Below the pieces are notes generated by a model. It saw only the letters and a list, made by a program, of their open reading frames with translations. It made no database searches and was not told the DNA's origin. Shown one piece after another: positions 1-8,340 of a stretch of 14,345 nt of DNA. Position 1 is the stretch's first letter. Each line of letters begins with the position of its first letter. Both the position numbers and the translations under genes were made by a program. Source of the DNA: an uncultured archaeon (GTDB lineage Archaea > Asgardarchaeota > Lokiarchaeia > Sigyniarchaeales > SOKP01); NCBI GenBank assembly GCA_964493715.1, contig CAZBPC010000087.1, positions 1 to 14,345 on the forward strand. The letters run 5' to 3'.

Positions 1-78
1 ATATGTTTTTTTGAATCAGATACTCACCTTTTTATTCATTTCTTTTAAAACGTGAGTATCTGATTCAAAAAAACATAT
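1..78. repeat. Perfect 27-bp inverted repeat (1-27 / 52-78, 24-nt spacer) at the window edge; probable fold-back/template-switch artefact
   Basis: 1-27 ATATGTTTTTTTGAATCAGATACTCAC is the exact reverse complement of 52-78 GTGAGTATCTGATTCAAAAAAACATAT. The outer arm supplies the TGA that ends the vWA ORF. Confidence 0.9.
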
Positions 79-2175
79 AGCTAATTCATCCTTTCTCAAT
101 CCGTATACCAACATTGTCGCACATATTGTCATATAAGCCAATTTTTCTCCAGACATCGAACCACTAATATCTAATTCAAAACATGCTGATCTCATCCCTT
201 TAGCAGTTTCAAACACGTAAAAATCATCATATTCGATATGATCTAATTCTTTCCCTTTTTCTAGTAAATTATAGATTGTCTCCTCTAAATCAATATTTTC
301 AAAATCATCACCAATTGTGTATGGTCTGACTATATTTATGGGTATGGGTCCAGTGTTAGCACTCCCTAACCTAGCTCTTGAATAATAGATTCCTAAATCA
401 ATTAACATCTTTTTAGCTAATTCCTTAATTTTCGCTTTAGGGCCACTTGATAATTTACCTCGATGGATAAACCATTGCTTCAGTAGATTTTCTCCACTTC
501 CCGCCGATAAACAAGAAATCATTTTTTCTTGCCCTTCTTTTCCACCAACTTGATTAGAGGCTTTTACTGCTTCGTTTAAGTCGAAATGTCCGAGTGCACC
601 AAGAGCATCCCGATTGTTACTTGCTAGAGCACTACTCATTAATTCTTTTAATCTATCAGGATTTAGTTGATCCTGAATTTGGTTCATTAAATTTGAAATT
701 CTTTGGAAATCTGCTTTATTTTTCTCGATCATTTTTTTTAAAAGTTGATAATTAGGTTCAATGAGTTCATGGATTTCTTCTTCAAGCATATTCAACTTTT
801 CCCCAGCTTTTCTAATATCGTCTGAATTAGGGTTTAATCCAAGTTTTCTTAAGAATTCTGTAGCATTTCTTAATTGTTCTGCATATTCACACTCTTCTAG
901 TGTTTTTTTAACGAGATCAGGAATAGCTTGGTTGATTTTTTGACTGCAATGTGGATTTGCACAACTATTCATTAATTGTTGAAGTTGATGTGTTAATGAT
1001 TTCAAAGCTTCAAATTTAATATTTTGGTTTAAAGCATCGTTTACCTCGGATTCTAAAGCTTGATTAAAAAGAGAATTCCAAGCTTTATTCGTAAACGGAT
1101 TTTTTGCTAGTGTTTCTAAGGAAAGGTTAACCGGTGAGTTACCTTGTTGTTCTTGAAATTTATTTAGAAGCTTTGATCTAATATCAGTTCCAAAATACTG
1201 ATCTAAGGAATTAGCGAGATTAAAATTGTGTTCAAAAGACCCATTTTTTAATGAATTATTAAGAATTTCATTTAAGTCAACTTGAGGAGAATTTCCTAAT
1301 GTCTTAGCAGCATTAAATAATTGATCTAAATTTTCTATTTGATTTTGAAGTTGATTTTTCATATTCTCCAATTGATTTTTTATATTAACTTCTTTTGAAG
1401 CACTATCCATGAATTTCATTGTTTGCAATAGGTCGTCAAGTTTTCCTGAATTAAGTAATTTGTTCAAGTCATCAGTCACATCTTCCCCTTTTAATGCCTT
1501 ACTCGTGATTTTTTCCCATTCTCGCAAAGAATTTTGTTGGATTAGATCTTCTAATCCTAAATTTACTGCTGCTTCTATGTCTTCTGGATCTAAGGAGTTA
1601 ATCTTTTGATTTAACCGTTTCCGCGCTTCTTCAATAAGTTTTTCTAAGGAGGAAATTTCTTCCTTATATATCTCAGAATCATCATTCAGAAATTGAAGTG
1701 CTGATTTATAAGGTTCTTCTTCCCTATTTTGATTTAATTCATTCATAAAATCTTCTAGTTCTTGAATAGCGTCTGAATCAATTGAACTAGACAATTCAAT
1801 CTCGTCTATCATCTCTTGAATTTGATCTAATTCTGATTGAATATCTTGATCCAATTTTTCTTGATTTTTCTTTTCTCTTGATTCTAGATCACTATCAAAG
1901 AAGGAATCAATCATGTTCTTTTTGTAATTAGGAAATAAAATCTCAAACGCTAGATCTTTTGCTAACTCTTGGTTATCTGGAAATGATGTGACCATGCTGA
2001 TTTCAATATAATCATTTGGTGTAATAATCCCATTTCGATAATACCGCGATAGAATTAATTTTGGAATAGAAAGAACTTGGCGTGAAGATGGTATTTGGAC
2101 TATATCTGGATGTTTTCTCATTTTTCTAATGAAATCAACGGCAAATTCACAAGGATTTTCAGGGAAGACACCCAT
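16..2175 (-). CDS. vWA-domain protein (CoxE/ChlD-like MoxR partner) with a long helical N-terminal region; C-terminally truncated
   Basis: 719-aa ORF. MIDAS motif DISGSMS lies only ~50 aa from the end, preceded by RPYTIGDD..IDLEETI, typical of MoxR-associated vWA proteins. It is directly downstream of the MoxR ATPase, with SD AGGAGGT upstream. The vWA domain is incomplete because the stop lies in the terminal inverted repeat. Confidence 0.8.
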   Translation of the reverse strand: MGVFPENPCEFAVDFIRKMRKHPDIVQIPSSRQVLSIPKLILSRYYRNGIITPNDYIEISMVTSFPDNQELAKDLAFEILFPNYKKNMIDSFFDSDLESREKKNQEKLDQDIQSELDQIQEMIDEIELSSSIDSDAIQELEDFMNELNQNREEEPYKSALQFLNDDSEIYKEEISSLEKLIEEARKRLNQKINSLDPEDIEAAVNLGLEDLIQQNSLREWEKITSKALKGEDVTDDLNKLLNSGKLDDLLQTMKFMDSASKEVNIKNQLENMKNQLQNQIENLDQLFNAAKTLGNSPQVDLNEILNNSLKNGSFEHNFNLANSLDQYFGTDIRSKLLNKFQEQQGNSPVNLSLETLAKNPFTNKAWNSLFNQALESEVNDALNQNIKFEALKSLTHQLQQLMNSCANPHCSQKINQAIPDLVKKTLEECEYAEQLRNATEFLRKLGLNPNSDDIRKAGEKLNMLEEEIHELIEPNYQLLKKMIEKNKADFQRISNLMNQIQDQLNPDRLKELMSSALASNNRDALGALGHFDLNEAVKASNQVGGKEGQEKMISCLSAGSGENLLKQWFIHRGKLSSGPKAKIKELAKKMLIDLGIYYSRARLGSANTGPIPINIVRPYTIGDDFENIDLEETIYNLLEKGKELDHIEYDDFYVFETAKGMRSACFELDISGSMSGEKLAYMTICATMLVYGLRKDELAICFFESDTHVLKEMNKKVSI

Positions 2176-2183
2176 TAAAAGTT

Positions 2184-2190
2184 ACCTCCT
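2184..2190 (-). promoter_or_regulatory. Shine-Dalgarno site AGGAGGT for the vWA gene, overlapping the MoxR stop codon (translational coupling)
   Basis: Minus strand reads TAGGAGGTAACTTTTAATG: the MoxR TAG stop, the SD, then the ATG at 2175. Confidence 0.7.
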
Positions 2191-3130
2191 ATGCACCTAA
2201 GGTTTTATGTATGATATTTTCAATGATATTCTCAGCTTTAACACCTGGTTTCGGTTTAATGCTCCCTAAAAGTACATTTCTGCTAATATCAGAAAGGTAT
2301 TCGTAAATACTTTTTTTCTCTTTAATTTCACCACTTTTTTCTAAAGAGCGTTTCCTAGCTAATAATTTTGTCATGGCAATACCTGCTCTAATGGAAGCGG
2401 GAATCTCGATATCAATTTTATTTCTTCGAGTTTCATTAATGATTGAATAAATTAGTTCTAATTCAGATTCTTCTACGGTAAAATGCTCCGGTAAGTTAAT
2501 TCTAATTATATCCAATTCAGTTGCTTTTTCAGGATATGTCAATTTGATCCAAACCTTAATCCTATCTTTTAAAGCTTCTGAAAGTCTATGAGTTCCGGAA
2601 AGTTCTTCAGGATTCATAGCAGAGATAAAAAAGAAATCCTCATCAGCTTTAATCCTTCCTAAATGAGGTATTCCTATCGAAGATTCTTCTAATGGCTCCA
2701 AAAGCGTATTTTGAGAATATTCTGTTGCTCTATTAATTTCATTGGCTAAAAAAGTACCTCCTTCTAGCATCGCACTTAATAAGGGTCCTGAATTAAATGC
2801 TTCTAAAGTAAAACCTTTCTTTAATGTAATTGCTGGATCAAAGCTCCCGATAAAATGTGATGGTTTAATGGACTCATCCATAGTCAACCAATAAAATGAT
2901 TTATTTTTATTTTCTTTTGCTCTCAGACTTGCAAAATATCTACATAGGATTGTTTTTCCCACTCCTGGAGGGCCAACTAAGGCAGGAAATAGTCCTGTTG
3001 ACTCAGCATCTCGCAATAATTCCAAAGCTTTTCCATATTGACCTGTAAGGACAATATCGATATTTTCTTCAGTAATATCTTTAATGAGATGTTTATTGAA
3101 TAATTCTTCAAATCTCTCTTTACTTGACAT
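2189..3130 (-). CDS. MoxR/CoxD-like AAA+ ATPase
   Basis: Walker A GPPGVGKT, Walker B-like FLANEINRA, sensor I SAMNP, arginine-finger region LSEALKDR and a lid with ASIRAGI. GAGGT SD upstream; paired with the vWA gene. Confidence 0.9.
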   Translation of the reverse strand: MSSKERFEELFNKHLIKDITEENIDIVLTGQYGKALELLRDAESTGLFPALVGPPGVGKTILCRYFASLRAKENKNKSFYWLTMDESIKPSHFIGSFDPAITLKKGFTLEAFNSGPLLSAMLEGGTFLANEINRATEYSQNTLLEPLEESSIGIPHLGRIKADEDFFFISAMNPEELSGTHRLSEALKDRIKVWIKLTYPEKATELDIIRINLPEHFTVEESELELIYSIINETRRNKIDIEIPASIRAGIAMTKLLARKRSLEKSGEIKEKKSIYEYLSDISRNVLLGSIKPKPGVKAENIIENIIHKTLGA

Positions 3131-3248
3131 TTTTCAAACCTCATTTAGAATTTATGTTTCTATGAAATAATACTATTAATAATAAAAATTTGATAATTTA
3201 AAACTTTAAACTTAATAAAATAAAGGTACTATATCTTATTAAGAAAGG

Positions 3249-4070
3249 ATGCTGATGATAAACCCTTATTTTAAAGCAAAAGATTTTGTATTATTCCATG
3301 GAGATGCTATTGAAATCTTAAATCAATTTGATGATGAATATTTTGATTTGATCTTCGCAGATCCTCCCTATTTTCTGTCTAACGATGGTATCACCTGCCA
3401 GTCAGGAAAGATGGTGTCAGTGAATAAGGGAAAATGGGATAAATCACAAGGTTTTGAAGAAGATGTGAAATTCATTGATAATTGGTTGAAAGCTTGTAAA
3501 AGGGTTTTAAAAAAAGATGGAAGCATTTGGATCTCAGGAACTTTACATATAATTTACAAGATCGGTTATTTACTGGAGCAAAATGGCTATGAGATTATAA
3601 ATGATGTTATATGGTATAAACCTAATGCTCCTCCAAATCTATCATGTAAGTATTTTACACATAGTCATGAAATCGTTTTATGGGCAAGAAAATCAAATGA
3701 TTCAAATCATACGTTCAATTATAAGAAAATGAAAATGTGGAATAATCCTAAAGATAAATTAAAGAACACAAATAAGCAGATGAGGAGTGTTTGGGCAATC
3801 CCATTGCTCTCAAAATCTGAAAAAGAACATGGAAAACATCCTACCCAGAAACCCTTGGAATTATTAAATCGAATTATATCAGCATCATCAAATGAAAATG
3901 ATCTAGTTTTAGATCCTTTTGTTGGATCAGGATCAACTGGCATAGTCTGTAAAGCTCTCGGAAGAAGATTTATAGGAATTGATAATAATAAAGATTATCT
4001 TGATTTAGCTATCAAAAGATTTAATGATAAGAAAACTGCATCAATACTATTTTCTGCACGTTCTGAGTGA
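3249..4070 (+). CDS. Beta-class N6-adenine DNA methyltransferase, DpnA (M2.DpnII)-like, probably GATC-specific; orphan
   Basis: Catalytic DPPY near the N-terminus, HPTQKP, and SAM-binding DPFVGSGST near the C-terminus (beta order). The segment DPPYFLSNDGITCQSGKMVSVNKGKWD resembles DpnA-family enzymes. Specificity is inferred. Confidence 0.88.
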   Translation: MLMINPYFKAKDFVLFHGDAIEILNQFDDEYFDLIFADPPYFLSNDGITCQSGKMVSVNKGKWDKSQGFEEDVKFIDNWLKACKRVLKKDGSIWISGTLHIIYKIGYLLEQNGYEIINDVIWYKPNAPPNLSCKYFTHSHEIVLWARKSNDSNHTFNYKKMKMWNNPKDKLKNTNKQMRSVWAIPLLSKSEKEHGKHPTQKPLELLNRIISASSNENDLVLDPFVGSGSTGIVCKALGRRFIGIDNNKDYLDLAIKRFNDKKTASILFSARSE

Positions 4071-4087
4071 ATTTTGATATAATACTC

Positions 4088-4101
4088 AAAATTTTTATAA
4101 G
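4088..4101 (+). promoter_or_regulatory. Candidate archaeal BRE/TATA box upstream of the glycyl radical enzyme gene
   Basis: AAAATTTTTATAAG in the intergenic region, about 65 nt before the ATG at 4167. The AT-rich background weakens the call. Confidence 0.35.
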
Positions 4102-4166
4102 CAGTAATACTATAATTTCGTTAACCTATTTATCACTCTCAAATAAAAACTACTCCGTGATTTACC

Positions 4167-6545
4167 ATGCAGTTAGAGGCAATTACCTTTTCCGATTATG
4201 AAGAACGTATTGAAAAAATGAGAATTAAAATTATCAATCAACCACATGAAATCTGTGTGGAAAGAGCGAAACTATTTACTGAATCTTATCAAAAAACGAG
4301 GGGAGAACCATCCTCCTTGAGATTTGCGAAAGCAATGAGTTATTTCTTGAAAAACATGTCAATTAAGATATGGGATGATGAATTTCTTGTCGGTACTCGA
4401 ACAACTAAGTTAGTTGGAACACCATTATATCCCGAAGTGAGAATAGACACGCTTGAATTGGATCTTGAGCTATATAATACTCGTGAAGTCCAAAGTTTCA
4501 TACTTTCAGAGGATGATAAAAAATTATTGAGAGATGTGATTATCCCATACTGGAAAAATGAGGAAGAGACTGTAAAATCAAGATTTAATTCTTATTTAAG
4601 TCCTGAATTAACTGAACTCATGCTCAATCTACTATATGTTGTCGATACTCATATTACGAATGGAGTAGGTCATTTCTTTCCAGGACATCCAAATGTATTG
4701 GAAGGAGGATTTGATGGTTTACTTTCAAAAACAAAACAAAAAATGGAAGATTTCAAGGATGATAAAGATAAATTAGCATTTCTAAACACGGTTATTATTA
4801 TCTTAGAGGGAGTTAAACATTATATCTTAAGGTTTTCAGATCTAGCTAAAAAAATGGCATTAGAAGAATCGAATACAAAAAGAAGGGCAGAACTCTCTGA
4901 GATCTCAGAAATTTGCCGTAATATATCAAGTAAGCCCCCAAAAAACTTTAAAGAAGCTCTTCAATTGATATTATTCTCCCATATTATTGCAGGACTAGAA
5001 GATGGAGGGTTTGCTATAAGTTTAGGAAGATTGGATCAAGTATTGTATCCCTACTATCTTAATGACATCAGTAAAGGGATTATGAAACGAGAAGAGGCTA
5101 AATTTTTCATAGAATGTTTTTATCTTAAATTAATCACGTTATGGAATTATGTCTTACATAAAGGCATTATTGCTGCTGAAGGACCCCCAATTGCCTCTAA
5201 TTTAACTATTGGGGGAATTGACGCATATGGGAATGATTTGACCAACGAGTTATCTTACATCTTCTTAGAAGCATATCAAAAACTGAAAACCGTACAACCA
5301 ACTTTCTCCGTGCGAGTGAGTCTAAACACTCCTAATGAATTGATTGTAAAAACTGGTGAAGCTATAAAGGAAGGCGCTAGCATTGCCTTATTTAATGACG
5401 AAGTCATGATTCCTGGATTACAAGCTCTTGGATATTCTTTAGAGGATGCCCGAGAATATGCACCTATTGGTTGCGTGGAACCTTCGCATCCTTGTAAGAC
5501 ATTTGGGTGTACAAATGCAACTGAATTAAATATAGTGAAATGTTTAGAACTCACCTTGAACAATGGAGCCGACATGTTCACCAGAAAAAAGTATGGGATC
5601 GAAAATTCTAAACCAATAACGTCTTATGAAGATTTGTGGAATGAATTTATTTTACAACTCAAACATTTCATAAATCCCCTGGTTGAAACTATGAATTACC
5701 TCGATCAAGCAATAGCAGAATTAAATCCACAACCCTTTTTATCTGCAACAATAGATGATTGTGTGGAGCGTGGATTAGATATAACGAGAGGAGGTGCTTA
5801 TTACGACTTTACCACCACCCAATTAATTGGATTAGCTACGGTGGGAGATAGTCTTGCGGTTATAAAAAAGATGGTTTTCGAGGAAAAACTCCTTTCCTAT
5901 GAAGAGATGGTGAACATGCTTATAAAGAACTATCGAGGAACATATCAAGGAAAGAAGGGAGAAACGTGGCGAGAAACATTTATCAATAAAGTACCTAAAT
6001 TTGGTAATGATGATGATTATGTTGATTCTATCGTGAGAGATGTAGTACGTGCTTTTTGTGAGGAACTAATAAAACATAAAAATTTCCGGGGGGGTCTCTA
6101 CAATCCTGGTTTTTATACCACATCATTTCATATTGCTTTTGGTGTATTTACCGCAGCCTCAGCAGATGGTAGAAAATCCAGGGATGTTTTATCCAATGGA
6201 GTTGGTCCAACAAATGGTAGAGATAAAAATGGACCAACAGCCATATTAAATTCCGTGATGAAGCTAAACAACGAGCTAATGACGAATGGAAATTCCGTGA
6301 TTTTATCTTTTCATCCAAATTCGTTAAACACTAATACTTTTTTGCCATTAATTAGAACCTATTTCAAAAAAGAGGGAGGATATCACGTTCAATTTAACGT
6401 CGTTGGTAAAGAAATCCTGTGCGATGCTCAAAAGACTCCTGATCAATATCGTGGTTTAGTCGTGAGAATTGCGGGGTATTCTGTATTATTTACTGAATTA
6501 TCAAAAACAGCTCAAGATGATATCATCGCTCGAACGCAATATTAA
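4167..6545 (+). CDS. Glycyl radical enzyme (PflD/glycerol dehydratase/eliminase-like clade), substrate unknown
   Basis: 792 aa. Cys loop PIGCVEP (Cys codon 5472-5474), Gly loop VRIAGYS (Gly codon 6474-6476), plus SLGRLDQ, PKFGND, ASADGR and HVQFNVV motifs. It has a single Cys, unlike the CC pair of true PFL. Confidence 0.93.
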   Translation: MQLEAITFSDYEERIEKMRIKIINQPHEICVERAKLFTESYQKTRGEPSSLRFAKAMSYFLKNMSIKIWDDEFLVGTRTTKLVGTPLYPEVRIDTLELDLELYNTREVQSFILSEDDKKLLRDVIIPYWKNEEETVKSRFNSYLSPELTELMLNLLYVVDTHITNGVGHFFPGHPNVLEGGFDGLLSKTKQKMEDFKDDKDKLAFLNTVIIILEGVKHYILRFSDLAKKMALEESNTKRRAELSEISEICRNISSKPPKNFKEALQLILFSHIIAGLEDGGFAISLGRLDQVLYPYYLNDISKGIMKREEAKFFIECFYLKLITLWNYVLHKGIIAAEGPPIASNLTIGGIDAYGNDLTNELSYIFLEAYQKLKTVQPTFSVRVSLNTPNELIVKTGEAIKEGASIALFNDEVMIPGLQALGYSLEDAREYAPIGCVEPSHPCKTFGCTNATELNIVKCLELTLNNGADMFTRKKYGIENSKPITSYEDLWNEFILQLKHFINPLVETMNYLDQAIAELNPQPFLSATIDDCVERGLDITRGGAYYDFTTTQLIGLATVGDSLAVIKKMVFEEKLLSYEEMVNMLIKNYRGTYQGKKGETWRETFINKVPKFGNDDDYVDSIVRDVVRAFCEELIKHKNFRGGLYNPGFYTTSFHIAFGVFTAASADGRKSRDVLSNGVGPTNGRDKNGPTAILNSVMKLNNELMTNGNSVILSFHPNSLNTNTFLPLIRTYFKKEGGYHVQFNVVGKEILCDAQKTPDQYRGLVVRIAGYSVLFTELSKTAQDDIIARTQY

Positions 6546-6648
6546 ATGATTTTAGTTATATTAAAACATAAAAATTATTAGGCACTAACTTTTTTATTTC
6601 CTAGTATTTGAATCATAAAAATGGGCCTGTAGACTAGTCGCAGATCGC

Positions 6649-6677
6649 AAATAATGTTGTCTCAACATGTTGGTAAA
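6649..6677 (+). other. tRNA intron 1 (29 nt, position 27/28)
   Basis: Removal restores C27-G43. Internal hairpin ATGTTG-tct-CAACAT. BHB-like junction: central helix GATC/GGTA (3 of 4 pairs) with bulges GC|A and AA|T. Confidence 0.75.
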
Positions 6678-6708
6678 TTGGTTCGCAATCAAGAGGCCGC
6701 GGGTTCAA

Positions 6709-6739
6709 TAAGTTTAATCAATTCGGTTATGCTGGATAC
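6709..6739 (+). other. tRNA intron 2 (30 nt, T-loop; 6709-6738 or 6710-6739)
   Basis: Removal gives TTCAACT or TTCAATT between GCGGG and CCCGC. Internal hairpin AGT-t-TAATC-aattc-GGTTA-t-GCT; central helix GTTC/GGAT (relaxed BHB/BHL). Confidence 0.75.
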
Positions 6740-6815
6740 TCCCGCCAGGTCCACCAACAATTCTTTTTAAATTTTTAAAAATGTTTTATTATTGTATCTG
6801 ATAAGTCTATATTGA

Positions 6816-7541
6816 ATGATAATGTCCAAGAAAAAATTATACATCCTTATTCCAGCATACAATGAGGAAAAGTCAATCACTTCTGTTATTAGTAGTATTC
6901 CAATGTATTCAAACGTGCAGAAATTTGTCATTGTCATTGATGATGGAAGCACCGATAATACGATCGTGAAAGCAAAAAACGCTGGAGCAACTGTTTTAGC
7001 TAATAAGCAAAATTTAGGATTAGGAGCTACTTTCAAGAAAGGTTTAAAGAATGCTATTAAAAATAATGCAGATATTATCGTGATATTAGATGGTGATGGT
7101 CAATATAAATCGACTCATTTATCAGAACTCGTATTCCCCTTGATAAATAATAACGTGGATATGATCATTGGTAATAGATATTATTATGGTTATCGTTCAA
7201 GCATCCTAAAAGAAGTAGTAAATAAAGTTATATCAATATTTATAAGCCGAATATTATTAGGATCTGAAATATTATATGACGTTCAATCCTCGTACAGAGG
7301 GTTTAATAGAAAATTAGCATTATTTTTATTAAAGGAATTGAAAGGTAGTTACAATTATTCTCAAGAGATGTTCATGCTTGCTTACATCAATAAATTCAAA
7401 ATTAAACAAGTACCAGTTGAATGCTTTAAAAGATTGAATGGATCATCGAGATTAATAAGAAATCCATTTATCCATATCTTTAAAATAATCAAAATCAGTT
7501 TAATTACCTATTTTCAACAAAAATATATGAAGGAATTTTAA
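6816..7541 (+). CDS. GT2 family glycosyltransferase (DPM1/polyprenol-phosphate glycosyltransferase-like)
   Basis: Motifs IPAYNEE, VIDDGSTD, NLGLG, DGDGQY and DVQSSYR. The start may be the ATG at 6816 or 6822. Confidence 0.9.
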   Translation: MIMSKKKLYILIPAYNEEKSITSVISSIPMYSNVQKFVIVIDDGSTDNTIVKAKNAGATVLANKQNLGLGATFKKGLKNAIKNNADIIVILDGDGQYKSTHLSELVFPLINNNVDMIIGNRYYYGYRSSILKEVVNKVISIFISRILLGSEILYDVQSSYRGFNRKLALFLLKELKGSYNYSQEMFMLAYINKFKIKQVPVECFKRLNGSSRLIRNPFIHIFKIIKISLITYFQQKYMKEF

Positions 7542-8320
7542 TTAGAGGGTTCTTCAGACATTTGGCCCGATGGATCTACCCCTAATTGTTGTATCATGAC
7601 TTTCTTTAATTCTGTAATGTTTTTTGGTAATCCAAACATTTCGGAGTATTTGTCAGTTGTAGTCAATTCAAAAGATCTCCCCTTCTTGACCGCATTAATA
7701 AATTCATTATCAATTAAGTACTTAATGTGTTCATAAGCTCCGCTTCCCCGTATCTTTATAACGACTGATTTTAAGATGGGCTGTTTTAATGCGATTATTG
7801 TTAATGTTCGTAAGTAACGCTCAGCAATTGCTCCCCCCTTTACAAATTTAGCAATACTTTCCGTGTATTCTGGTCTAAGTTGCATTTGATATCGTTCTCC
7901 TACTTGAGCAATAATTAGTGCAGTAATACGCTCTAGATATTCCATGGCTAATTCATTAACTAAAGTTTCCGTCAATTTTTTAGGGATTTCTAACTTCGTA
8001 GCTAATTCTTCAATATCTAATGGACGACCAGCGGCATAGAGAGCACCTTCAATTAAATTCTTTTGAATATCCCTAATTTCCAATTCTTTTTCTTTTTCTA
8101 TTAATTTTGTATCACTATCGTTCTCAGGAATCATCGAGTCAGGCTCTTCAACTTTCTCGATAACGGGTAATGCTTCCTCGCCGTTTAACTTATCAACATC
8201 TTCTTTAATTTCTTCACTATCTTCATTAGTATTGTCTGTTTCTTTTTCCTCTCTCTCTTCAGGAATTATTTGTTCCTCTTCTTCCAGATTTCTTTCTTCT
8301 TCAGAATCGTTCATGAACAT
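7538..8320 (-). CDS. scpB: Segregation and condensation protein B (kite, tandem winged helix) with an acidic N-terminal extension
   Basis: LIEGALYAAGRPL, YQMQL, LRTLTIIALKQPI, IRGSGAYEHIKYL and TTDKYSEMFGL match the ScpB pattern. It lies immediately downstream of scpA. Confidence 0.92.
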   Translation of the reverse strand: MFMNDSEEERNLEEEEQIIPEEREEKETDNTNEDSEEIKEDVDKLNGEEALPVIEKVEEPDSMIPENDSDTKLIEKEKELEIRDIQKNLIEGALYAAGRPLDIEELATKLEIPKKLTETLVNELAMEYLERITALIIAQVGERYQMQLRPEYTESIAKFVKGGAIAERYLRTLTIIALKQPILKSVVIKIRGSGAYEHIKYLIDNEFINAVKKGRSFELTTTDKYSEMFGLPKNITELKKVMIQQLGVDPSGQMSEEPSN

Positions 8321-8340
8321 TAACTCAGTTTTCTTATTCG

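Larger units (their letters stand above)
6623..6756 (+). tRNA. tRNA-Ala(CGC) with two non-canonical introns (27/28 and T-loop 58/59 or 59/60), CCA encoded
   Basis: Acceptor stem GGGCCTG/CAGGTCC with the G3-U70 Ala identity pair and A73-CCA. After removing 6649-6677 the anticodon arm reads CTTGG-TT-CGC-AA-TCAAG. T-stem GCGGG/CCCGC, with a 7-nt loop after removing 30 nt. The D-arm is imperfect. Confidence 0.85.

Noticed and set aside
16-18. TGA in the vWA gene as a possible selenocysteine or readthrough codon
   Set aside because: It lies inside the inverted-copy arm (1-27) and is not at a Cys-like position; the fold-back explains it better.
761-1609. Plus-strand ORFs 761-943 and 1409-1609
   Set aside because: Antisense shadows of the vWA gene; Ser/Phe-rich with no motifs.
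4167-6545. Annotation as pyruvate formate-lyase (pflB) or cutC
   Set aside because: It lacks the adjacent Cys-Cys of PFL, and CutC specificity residues could not be confirmed by eye.
3719-7036. Minus-strand ORFs 3719-3943, 5276-5581 and 6767-7036
   Set aside because: Antisense to the well-supported methyltransferase, GRE and GT2 genes.
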